From a virus (lineage: Duplodnaviria; Caudoviricetes): DNA of 54,630 nucleotides. The notes beneath the pieces were generated by a model. It made no database searches. It was not told the DNA's origin and worked only from the letters and a program-made list of their open reading frames with translations. The stretch is from positions 1-54,630 of IMG/VR virus record IMGVR_UViG_3300028293_000001. One strand, given 5' to 3'. Position 1 is the stretch's first letter. The number at the start of each line of letters is the position of its first letter. The position numbers were made by a program, and so were the translations under genes. Below are positions 19,095 through 27,295 of the stretch, piece by piece.

Positions 19095-19995
19095 GGGGGT
19101 CTCCTAGACGAACTGCCTTCCGTTCCACCTCTTGAAGCCTTGGGCTGTGAAGATGCGGATCTTTCCCCCGCGCCTTTCGATCCTGCTCGCGTACTCGCCG
19201 GTGCGATGACCGTTGGCGAGCACCTCGAAACAATACTCCCCCCTGGGGTCGGAGGCGCCGTAGTTGCGCGCGAACTCCATGCCGAGGGTCCAGACGATGC
19301 CAGCCTCGTCGATGATGATCAGGGCGGGCGGGGAGCTGACGTAGCTCTCGGTGATGTACTTCTGCGGCCCCGTCGGGGCCATGTAGGGCTCGAAGTTCGC
19401 GTCCCTTACGCGAAAATCCATACGTTCTCCTTGTCCATGAAACCATCCTCTTTCCTGGCGGCGTGGGCGAGGGCGGCACGGCCGACCCGCTGTCGGCGAG
19501 CCCGACCCTGATCGGCGGGACGATCGTCGCATCGCTCGGTGATCCGAGGGAGGCGTTCGTGAAGCCCGCCGTGAAGTCTGTGCTCACGAAACGACCCACC
19601 CCCGAGGCACCCGTGCCCCAGTGATCCGACTCGGTGTCCCCGTTGCTCGTGATGGCGAACACGTAACTCACCCCGCCCGTCAGGGTGATCGGGTTCGGGG
19701 TGATGTTGCCCTGGCCGATGTGGCCCTGCCAGTTGTCCGCGGCTCCGGCCGCGGCCTGCGCGGCCGTCCCTTGAGCGATCAGCGTGGTCTGTGCGACGTC
19801 GAAGATCGCGAGGCGGAAATTGTACGCGGTCACCCGCTTGATGAAGGCCGAGATCTCGGTCACCACCTGCGGCCCGACTCCGGGACAGACGAAGGCGGTG
19901 GTGTTGTTCCAGTCCGTTTCCGGTCCGCCCGTGCCGACACTCGTCGCCCCGGTCGGATTGCCGGCCGCATCGCACAGACCGAAGTACGTGGTCAC
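19087..19995 (-). CDS. Putative virion protein, Gly/Thr-rich, with an apparent read-through tail
   Basis: The first ~185 aa look like a structural protein; the rest overlaps the whole 19104..19421 gene in another frame. Confidence 0.6.
   Translation of the reverse strand: MTTYFGLCDAAGNPTGATSVGTGGPETDWNNTTAFVCPGVGPQVVTEISAFIKRVTAYNFRLAIFDVAQTTLIAQGTAAQAAAGAADNWQGHIGQGNITPNPITLTGGVSYVFAITSNGDTESDHWGTGASGVGRFVSTDFTAGFTNASLGSPSDATIVPPIRVGLADSGSAVPPSPTPPGKRMVSWTRRTYGFSRKGRELRALHGPDGAAEVHHRELRQLPARPDHHRRGWHRLDPRHGVRAQLRRLRPQGGVLFRGARQRSSHRRVREQDRKARGKDPHLHSPRLQEVERKAVRLGDPHA
19104..19421 (-). CDS. Hypothetical protein (105 aa)
   Basis: AAGGAGA RBS before ATG 19421 (MDFRVRDANF...). Confidence 0.7.
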   Translation of the reverse strand: MDFRVRDANFEPYMAPTGPQKYITESYVSSPPALIIIDEAGIVWTLGMEFARNYGASDPRGEYCFEVLANGHRTGEYASRIERRGGKIRIFTAQGFKRWNGRQFV

Positions 19996-19998
19996 GCA

Positions 19999-20451
19999 TC
20001 AGTCCTCGGTGATGGAGCTCGCGGTCGTGACCTGCGGGGTCACGCCCTGGCTGAAGTTGATCACCGGGGCCACCGTGCCGCTGTAGATGGCCGAGCTGCC
20101 CTGGGCGTTCGAGCTCGGGAAGACCGAGAACCAGCCGAAGGTGCCCGTCGAGGTCGTCGCCACGCTCTGCGGGAAGTTGATCGTCCCCACCGGACTCGCG
20201 CTCGCGACCGCGTTGCTCGTGCCGCTCGTGATCGCCCAGCCGCTTGCTGCGGTCGACCGATCGGTGGCGACCCGGGTGTACTCGTTGTAGCCGCCCTCGT
20301 TCGCCGTGGATCCGGCATCCCCCGGGTCGGCGGTGTGCAGGCCGATCCACAGGGAGGTTGTGCCCGAGGTGGTGCCCAGGTTCGGGAGCGCCACGCCGTT
20401 GAAGATGAGGCGCAGTACGTCGTACTCGAATTTGTCGCTTTTGCCTGCCAT
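19999..20451 (-). CDS. Ser/Thr-rich virion structural protein
   Basis: LWIGLHTADPG...E..Y..Y.RVA motif seen in phage fiber/appendage proteins; AAGGA RBS. Confidence 0.7.
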   Translation of the reverse strand: MAGKSDKFEYDVLRLIFNGVALPNLGTTSGTTSLWIGLHTADPGDAGSTANEGGYNEYTRVATDRSTAASGWAITSGTSNAVASASPVGTINFPQSVATTSTGTFGWFSVFPSSNAQGSSAIYSGTVAPVINFSQGVTPQVTTASSITED

Positions 20452-20453
20452 GG

Positions 20454-21038
20454 CTAGGTTCCTTTGGTCGGGACAAGGGTGACGCTGCGCAGCTCACCCG
20501 CCGCGTCGCGGATGATCTTCATCTCATAGGTCGGAGGCTCGACCGGACCGCTCGGCTTGAGCGTGGCGAGCGCCGTGGTGAAGCGCTCCTCGGCCGCCGC
20601 ACGCGCCTGGCGCTCCGCGGCGATGTTGCCGTCAGCCTTCTCCACGCGAGCGCGCAGGCCTCGCAGTTCTCCTTCCGCCGCGTATCGCCCCTGGGTCTGC
20701 TCGAGCAGTTGCTCCTGGAAGCTATCCGCGCGCGCGCGCTGTGCGTCAGCGGCCTCCTCAAGGTCCTTGTTCGCCTGGAGCGCTGCATCGAGCGCCGTCT
20801 GGGCTTCCTGGATGTCGCGTTCGGCGGTGTCGGCCCGGCTGGTAGCCGCGGCGAGATCGGTCTCGAGCTGCTCTTCCCTCGCCTCGAGCTCGTCGCACCG
20901 GGCCTGCATCTCCTGCAGTTGCCCTGTGAGTATCCTGTGGACAAGTTGATGGCCGTCTGCCTCGTCCTTCATGGTGGCGCCAGGGCGCATGCGGGCCACG
21001 TCCTTGCCGGACAAGAGGGATTTCACGGTTTCGGTCAT
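20454..21038 (-). CDS. Coiled-coil protein
   Basis: GGAGG RBS, TGATG coupling; long E/A/Q/R heptads; C-terminal IIRDAAGEL. Confidence 0.7.
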   Translation of the reverse strand: MTETVKSLLSGKDVARMRPGATMKDEADGHQLVHRILTGQLQEMQARCDELEAREEQLETDLAAATSRADTAERDIQEAQTALDAALQANKDLEEAADAQRARADSFQEQLLEQTQGRYAAEGELRGLRARVEKADGNIAAERQARAAAEERFTTALATLKPSGPVEPPTYEMKIIRDAAGELRSVTLVPTKGT

Positions 21039-23830
21039 CAGGCACCTCCCATCAGGCACTCGGCTGCGGCTGTGAATAGTTTGGCATCTTCCATCGCCTG
21101 ATCGGTGCTGGCGCGGGCCTCATCGAGCACCTGGGAGGCGCGCTTCTGGATGGGGTCTCCGTTCGCGTCCTGGCCGGTGGTGATCATCAGGTCCGGGTTC
21201 TCGGTCGCGAAGCGCTGGGCCGCCGCGGCGACAGGATCCGGTGGCGCTGCCTGGGCTTCAGCGCGAGGCGCGGCTGCTTCCGCCGGCGTGGCGAAGGCCT
21301 CCCTGATAGTCTTCGCGCCCTCGATCGTGCCAGCGTCGTCGAAGTTCTCGAGGCCCTTCGCCTTCAGCTGAGCGCGCAACTCCTCGAGGGTCCGGGATCC
21401 GACGAGCTTCGCCTTGTAGCCGCGCTCGGGGAATGAGTAGGCCACTTCGTCCTTGCGTACCACGCGCCCGGGGCCCTCTTGGGCGCCTGGACGCGCGCCG
21501 GTGAGGCCCTCGTACTTGCCGAATGGCTGGTCGAGGGTGACCTCGTAGGCGAAGACCTTGGTCGCCTTGCTCGAGACCGGCCCCATGGCGTCCTCGGTCC
21601 CCATGATGTGGCGCGCGACCGCGTCAGCGTTCCCGGCGTTGCGGTTCGCGATCGCGCCGGCGGTCTCCCCCATCCGGTAGACGATGAAGGGCCTACCAGG
21701 CTCGGGAGGTGCTCCGGCGCCGCCTACTTCGTCGACTGGTCTTGCGCCTGCTTCTGGGCCTGCTTGAGGTTCTCCAGCGCCACCTGCCCGAGCCGCTTCG
21801 CCCTCTCCGCCGGCGAAAGACTGCGTAGTTCCTCGATGAATTCCTTCGCTGATGTTGCCGGCTCTGAGCTCTGCATCGAGGGTCTCCTTCAGGCGTGGGG
21901 ATAGGTTGTCGAAGTTCAGGCTCTTGACCAGCGCGCCGACGTTCTTCGGCTCGACGATCTGCACGTCGCCCTTCCCGGCAGATCCGTTGTCGAGGAGGAC
22001 GAACTGTACATGATCGTTCCCCTCGTAGTGCTTGATGAGGGCCTCGATCGTCGCGGCCGAGCCCTCGTGGGTCTTCGCGTGCTCGACAAGGGGCACGGTG
22101 CGGCCAGTCCGGGTCGCGCGACCCAGCGCGCGCTTGAGCGCCTCGATCGGGTCGGCGGCCACGTAGATCACGTTCACCTGCTTGCCGGCCTGCAGCCCCT
22201 GGTCGATCTTCTGGATCGCGCTCTTCTCGCTCGCGAGGTTCGTGTCGTAGACGATCTGCGAGGCCTCGACGATGTGGGAGGCCAGCGGCACCGCGCCGAG
22301 CGCGGTCGTCTTGCCGGCACCGGTGCCGCCCGCGGTGAAGGTCACCATGTTCAGGCCGTTGGGGTCAGGCTGAGCGAGAGCACGCGCGTAGAGTTCCTTC
22401 GTGAGCGCCGAGGCTGGCTCGTGCACCGAGGGCGAATGGATGTGGCGCGCCTCGCGGTAGTCCGGGAAGAGCTCGCGCGCGATGTCCGTGTTGATGATCT
22501 TGCCGCCATCGGATTCAGGCAACTGGGCATAGGCCTGTACCTGGCCCTCCAGGTCGGCCTGGACCTGACCCCTAGCCTTCGCCTCGACGACGCGCTGATC
22601 GGGGCTCAGCTCCTCAGCGAAGGGGATCCGCAGCTGTTTTCCAGGGGTGGTGGCCGGAAGCCCAGCGCGCCACTGCTCGGCCAGCTGCTTGAACTCCTCG
22701 GGCCGCTCCTTGAAGAGCTCCTCGGCGTTCTCGAACCCGCGGGTCTTGGCCTCGTGGTTGAGGAAGGTGATCTGGTCGAGCTGCTGCTGCTCGAAGGCGT
22801 CGACCTTGGGCAGGCCCTCCTCGACCCGGATCCGCTCGGCCTCGGCCTGGAGGAACTCGAGGTTCTTCTGGCTCTGGGCGACCCGCCCGGGGTCGGGCTC
22901 GGTGTTTGGCGCGGGATGGTCGCTCAGCTCGACTGGCTCGTTTCGCGCGAGCTGCTCGATCGCGGTCTTCAGCCGGTCGACGTGCGCGATCACGTCCTCC
23001 GGGCCCACCACCTTCCCCGGGACGCTGTCGACGTTCATGTGCTCGGCCTGGCGCAGGGTCGCGACCGCGTCGATATCCGAGACCCGCCATCCCTTCGTCC
23101 AGGTCTCGATCTTCTTCCACGCCGCGGCGCCATGCGCGCGCTGGGCGGGCGAGATGTGGGCGTAGCTGCCGAAGGCGAGCCCGAGGAGCGCATCCAGCGT
23201 GATCGCCGAGCCGTCGAAGGCGTGGTAGTCCTCGCTCGCCGGGGTCTCCTTGAGGATCTGCTGCTCGGCGCTGCGCACGGCCAGGCCCTGGGCTAGGTTG
23301 TAGCCCGCCCCGCCCAGGAGCGCGCGTTGCCATAGGTTCTGGCCGAGGATCGGCATCCAGATCCCAAGGCCGAGCGAAGCGGCCTCCACCCCGCCCACGA
23401 GTTGCGCCTTTTCGGCCGAGACCCCGCGCTTCACCAGTTCCTCTCCCGAGCCGAGCTGGGCGGACAGGAGCGCGAGCTCGGGGGCGGTGAGCACGGTGGG
23501 CAAGGTCGAGGCGAGCGTGCCCACGACCTGGCCGGCTACCCCGACCTCGCCGGGCTTCGGGGTCCAGTAGTCGACCGCGTTCCCGAAGACCTCGTCGTGC
23601 TCCTTGAAGTACCGGTCCTGGGCCTCGGTGCCATCGGTGAAGGTGTCCTGCACGATCGGGGCTACCGCGCCCACTAGGTCGATCGCGCGCGCCGTGGTGG
23701 CGAACCCCCGCATGGTGTACATGGCGCTGCCGCGCACGAACCCATCCCAGGGGCTCGAGTCTGGGGTTTCGACCCCAGGCATCGTGCTCAAGCGATCGAG
23801 GGTCTCGCGGCGGTAGAGATCTAGCGGCAC
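21038..23830 (-). CDS. Internal virion protein carrying a zeta-toxin-like P-loop kinase domain
   Basis: 930 aa within the ejection-protein block; FTAGGTGAGKTT, VYDTNL, RALGRA..GRTVP. Confidence 0.7.
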   Translation of the reverse strand: MPLDLYRRETLDRLSTMPGVETPDSSPWDGFVRGSAMYTMRGFATTARAIDLVGAVAPIVQDTFTDGTEAQDRYFKEHDEVFGNAVDYWTPKPGEVGVAGQVVGTLASTLPTVLTAPELALLSAQLGSGEELVKRGVSAEKAQLVGGVEAASLGLGIWMPILGQNLWQRALLGGAGYNLAQGLAVRSAEQQILKETPASEDYHAFDGSAITLDALLGLAFGSYAHISPAQRAHGAAAWKKIETWTKGWRVSDIDAVATLRQAEHMNVDSVPGKVVGPEDVIAHVDRLKTAIEQLARNEPVELSDHPAPNTEPDPGRVAQSQKNLEFLQAEAERIRVEEGLPKVDAFEQQQLDQITFLNHEAKTRGFENAEELFKERPEEFKQLAEQWRAGLPATTPGKQLRIPFAEELSPDQRVVEAKARGQVQADLEGQVQAYAQLPESDGGKIINTDIARELFPDYREARHIHSPSVHEPASALTKELYARALAQPDPNGLNMVTFTAGGTGAGKTTALGAVPLASHIVEASQIVYDTNLASEKSAIQKIDQGLQAGKQVNVIYVAADPIEALKRALGRATRTGRTVPLVEHAKTHEGSAATIEALIKHYEGNDHVQFVLLDNGSAGKGDVQIVEPKNVGALVKSLNFDNLSPRLKETLDAELRAGNISEGIHRGTTQSFAGGEGEAARAGGAGEPQAGPEAGARPVDEVGGAGAPPEPGRPFIVYRMGETAGAIANRNAGNADAVARHIMGTEDAMGPVSSKATKVFAYEVTLDQPFGKYEGLTGARPGAQEGPGRVVRKDEVAYSFPERGYKAKLVGSRTLEELRAQLKAKGLENFDDAGTIEGAKTIREAFATPAEAAAPRAEAQAAPPDPVAAAAQRFATENPDLMITTGQDANGDPIQKRASQVLDEARASTDQAMEDAKLFTAAAECLMGGA

Positions 23831-23831
23831 G

Positions 23832-23845
23832 GTTTCACGTGGAAC
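23832..23845. promoter_or_regulatory. parS-like palindrome
   Basis: GTTTCACGTGGAAC fills the 16-nt intergenic gap and matches the inner 14 bp of the bacterial parS consensus. Confidence 0.45.
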
Positions 23846-23846
23846 G

Positions 23847-26366
23847 TCATGGGCCGGAGGGCGACATCTTCTCGGCCGTGGTCCGCGCCTCAGCCGCAGC
23901 CACCGCCTGCTTGATCGTGTCGTAGGCCGGGAGGATCGCCCCGCGCTTCATCCGCGCCTCGGCGCGTCGGACAGCGAGTTCTTGCTGCTGACCCGTGGGC
24001 TTCTCGCCGGCAAGTAGCGAATCGACTCCCTCCTGGCCCTGGACGAGCAAGGGGATGTTGGTGGGCTTGCCCGCGTTCAGGCGCGGGTCGCGCACGGTGA
24101 TGCTGAGTTCGGTCGAAACGCCACCGTCAGGCCGCTGCAGCACGCCCAACTCACCGCGGCGCGCGTCCTCGGGCGTAACAGGCTTGTTCAGGTCGAGGAT
24201 GATCGGCAACTTGTCCTTTCCCACCAGGACCGCGTCGCCAGCGCGGAAGACATAACGCCCATCCCCGACGTTCTCGAGGGGCAGATCGAGCAGCTTGTCG
24301 CGCGAGACCCCAGGGGCGACCCGGCCGGAGGTCACGAGCTCGTTCACCCGCTCGGCCACCCCGTCCTTGAACTTGTCGTACTCCATGCCCCAGGGCATCA
24401 CGACCGACTTGCCGCGATAGCGCTCGATCCCGCCGGTGGCGAGCTTGATCGAGTCGCGCCACCTGGTGCTGTCGACCACCCCGCTCGCGTCCCCGGCCTC
24501 GGCCGACTTCGCCGCGTAGATGGCCATGGCGGCCTGGTAGTGGTCGCTGCGCGCCTGCGGGTGGGCGGCGAAGGCGTCCCGCTCGTAGTCGTTGAAGAGC
24601 TGCTGCATCGTCTTCTCGTCCTGTCCCTGCGGCATCGGCCACAGGCGCCCCTTGTCCGGGGTGCCGTCCTCCTTGCGGTTCGGCTTCAGGATCGCCTGGC
24701 CGCGCAGGATCAGGTCGGCCACCTGGTTGCCCTTCTCGTCCTTCACGCCGCGACCCGCGTAGATCCCGGCGATCGCGGTGACCGGGTCATCGGGGGCGAG
24801 CTGCGCCATGATCGCCGAGTAGGCCTCGGTGTCCTGGCCGGTCGCCTGGGCGAGCGAAGCGAAGTAGTCGCGCTTGGCTGGCGTTGGGGTCTGCCGCAGG
24901 ATGCCGGCGAGGGTGTCGGTCTCCTCCTTCGTCAGGATCTTCAGGGGCGCCTGGTACTGGGCCTGCATGCCGCGGGCCACGCTCGCGCGCGCGGCGATCG
25001 CCTCCCCGGCATCTGCAGGCTTCGAGAGGTCGATCGGCTGCACCCCGTCGGTGAAGCCCTGGCGCACCGCGAAGCTGATCGGGTCGGCCTGGATCTGCTT
25101 TTGCTGGCCATCGTAGATCGAGCGCATGCGCTGCACGACCCGGATGTCGAACTTGGTCGGATCCTCCCTGACCTTCGCCTCCATCTGCGAGAGGTAGTTC
25201 TCCTGCTGCACTGGGGTCGCCAGGCGAAAGCGCCGGGTGGCATTCGCGACCGCCACCATCTCCTGGGCCTCACCCTCCATGGCCGTGCCCCTGGCAGCCT
25301 CGAGGATGGGCTGCAGCTGCTCGATCGAGGGCTCGAAGCCCTGCAGGGTGTTCGCGTTCACCTGGTCGATCGCCTTCTTGACGGTGCGGTCGTTCCGGTC
25401 CTGCTCCACGAGCGCGCGGCGCTCGAGCAGGTCCTTTCTCGAGGCGATGCGGCCGGCGAGGATGTTACGGTTGCCCTCGTCTAGGCGCTCATCTGCCTGC
25501 ACGCGGGTGTCGAGCTCGTCCAGCCCCTTCGCGCTGTCGCGCAGGAGCAGGTAGTCGCCCTGATAGCCGTTCACGAGGTTGCGCTGCTCGCCCTTCTTGA
25601 TCTCCCCCAGGAGCGCGGTCTGGGTGTGCAGATCCATGTCCTTCTTGTGCGCCTTGAAGTACTCCTCGGCGTAGGGCGTGTTGCCGTTCGCGACCGCCGA
25701 GGCGATGACCCCTGTCGTCAGCTGGGTGAAGGCGGCCTGGCGCATGGCCTCGGCCTCTTCGGGTGGGCGCCCGTTCAGCTTGACGTCGTTCTCGATCGCC
25801 ATGTCGATGCGATCGCGCGACATCTGCAGCGCGTGCGGGTCGTCCCAAGCGACCTGGGCGTTCCTCACCTCGGTCTTCACCGTGCCGTCGAGCACCTCCT
25901 TGCTGTAGGCGTTGCCCTCGGTGATCACGTGCTTGAGCACGTCCTGCTTGAATTGGACCTCGGCGATCGCCGCGCGCCGGTTGAACTTCTCACGCTGCTG
26001 ATCGTTCTGCAGGCTCGTCGCGATCGACTTCTGTGCCTCCTGGAACTTGCCTGAGTACTGCTTCAGGAGCGGCTGGGTGACGGCGTCGGCGCCCTTCTTC
26101 GTCGCGAAGCCGTCCGGGCCCACCGACAGGTCGGTCTGCTGATCGCGCAGCTTGTTGAGCGCGTCCTCGGCGACAGTCGTATCGAAGCGGTCCTGGGCCG
26201 CTGCGATCTCGCCCGCGCCGGCGACGATGTGCGAACCCGCCTCCATCTCCGCAGCGGGGATCTTGAGGCCCGCATCCAGGCCCGAGGTGTCGATCCTCGA
26301 GTTGATACCAGGCGGCCGTGGTACCGGGCTCTCGCCGAGGGCAGTACGGTCTGGGATCCTAGCCAT
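23847..26366 (-). CDS. Internal virion (ejection) protein, T7 gp15-like position
   Basis: 839 aa, helical, MARIP start, follows the gp14-like gene. Confidence 0.7.
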   Translation of the reverse strand: MARIPDRTALGESPVPRPPGINSRIDTSGLDAGLKIPAAEMEAGSHIVAGAGEIAAAQDRFDTTVAEDALNKLRDQQTDLSVGPDGFATKKGADAVTQPLLKQYSGKFQEAQKSIATSLQNDQQREKFNRRAAIAEVQFKQDVLKHVITEGNAYSKEVLDGTVKTEVRNAQVAWDDPHALQMSRDRIDMAIENDVKLNGRPPEEAEAMRQAAFTQLTTGVIASAVANGNTPYAEEYFKAHKKDMDLHTQTALLGEIKKGEQRNLVNGYQGDYLLLRDSAKGLDELDTRVQADERLDEGNRNILAGRIASRKDLLERRALVEQDRNDRTVKKAIDQVNANTLQGFEPSIEQLQPILEAARGTAMEGEAQEMVAVANATRRFRLATPVQQENYLSQMEAKVREDPTKFDIRVVQRMRSIYDGQQKQIQADPISFAVRQGFTDGVQPIDLSKPADAGEAIAARASVARGMQAQYQAPLKILTKEETDTLAGILRQTPTPAKRDYFASLAQATGQDTEAYSAIMAQLAPDDPVTAIAGIYAGRGVKDEKGNQVADLILRGQAILKPNRKEDGTPDKGRLWPMPQGQDEKTMQQLFNDYERDAFAAHPQARSDHYQAAMAIYAAKSAEAGDASGVVDSTRWRDSIKLATGGIERYRGKSVVMPWGMEYDKFKDGVAERVNELVTSGRVAPGVSRDKLLDLPLENVGDGRYVFRAGDAVLVGKDKLPIILDLNKPVTPEDARRGELGVLQRPDGGVSTELSITVRDPRLNAGKPTNIPLLVQGQEGVDSLLAGEKPTGQQQELAVRRAEARMKRGAILPAYDTIKQAVAAAEARTTAEKMSPSGP

Positions 26367-26369
26367 CGC

Positions 26370-26951
26370 TTATCCCGGTCCAGGCCCAGCCGTTGAGGCA
26401 TCGTAGCCATACGATGGGGTGCTCATCGGCCGGTTCGTCACGCTCGCCGGGCTGTCGTACCCGTAGCGCGCGAACATGGTCGCAGCCTCCCCGGCGATCC
26501 GCCCGGCTCCGCCGATCTCCAGAGCTCGAGCCGAAGCGAGGGTAGCGCCTGCGGAGATGTCACCGCTCATCCGATCGGCTGCGGCGGCGATGCGCAGTTG
26601 GCGCGCCTTCTCTTCGCCCTGGTACAGGGCCACGTTCTGACGGTAGGCGCCCTCGCTCGCGATCCCGCCGATGATCCTGAGCACGGTCGGGTCGGTCGCC
26701 GTGCCCCCGCTCGCCGCGGCAAGGGCGATCGCCCGGGACTGGACGAGTGCCGTCTGGCGGCCCTCCACCATCGCTGTACGCTGGCTGGCTGCCTTTTCTT
26801 GCCCCGCCTGGACCTCGAGTTGTCCGGCCTCGAACTCGGCCGCCGCGCGCTTCTGGGCGGCGATCTTGTCCGCCTGGCGCTTGGCGTCTACGGTGCCATA
26901 TGCCTGAAGGGCAAGTCCGGCAACCGCTATCGCTGCGCCGGCTACTGCCAT
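26370..26951 (-). CDS. Internal virion protein, T7 gp14-like
   Basis: Hydrophobic Ala/Gly N-terminus; Ala-rich helix with RAIALAAASG. Confidence 0.7.
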   Translation of the reverse strand: MAVAGAAIAVAGLALQAYGTVDAKRQADKIAAQKRAAAEFEAGQLEVQAGQEKAASQRTAMVEGRQTALVQSRAIALAAASGGTATDPTVLRIIGGIASEGAYRQNVALYQGEEKARQLRIAAAADRMSGDISAGATLASARALEIGGAGRIAGEAATMFARYGYDSPASVTNRPMSTPSYGYDASTAGPGPG

Positions 26952-27295
26952 GTCGTCCTCCAGTAGGTCTCGCCTTCCAGGTGGCGGAAGCCCAGGTGCT
27001 CGAGGGTCCTGCGCGAGCTCGGCACCGCCGGGTCAGCGTAGGCCACGATGGGCGCGCGGATCCGCAGGGCCTGCGCGAGCGCGCGCTTGGCACCGCGCAG
27101 GATCGTCTTCGGCCACGCCCGCAGTTCCGGGGAAATCCTGGCGTAGAAGACGAGCTGGCCGTGCATCTGGAAGTACCCGCAGATCCCGATCGTGCGGCCC
27201 TGCAGCACTGCGGCAAGCGCCCGGCCAGCGCCACGCGGGTGCTCGTCCATCTCCTCGAGGTGCGCGTTGCTCGCCTGGACGATGCTCGGGCTCAT
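26942..27295 (-). CDS. T7 gp13-like / GNAT-like virion assembly protein
   Basis: ATGA-coupled to tail tubular B; IGICG...RRTLEHLGFR GNAT-like tail. Confidence 0.6.
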   Translation of the reverse strand: MSPSIVQASNAHLEEMDEHPRGAGRALAAVLQGRTIGICGYFQMHGQLVFYARISPELRAWPKTILRGAKRALAQALRIRAPIVAYADPAVPSSRRTLEHLGFRHLEGETYWRTTWQ

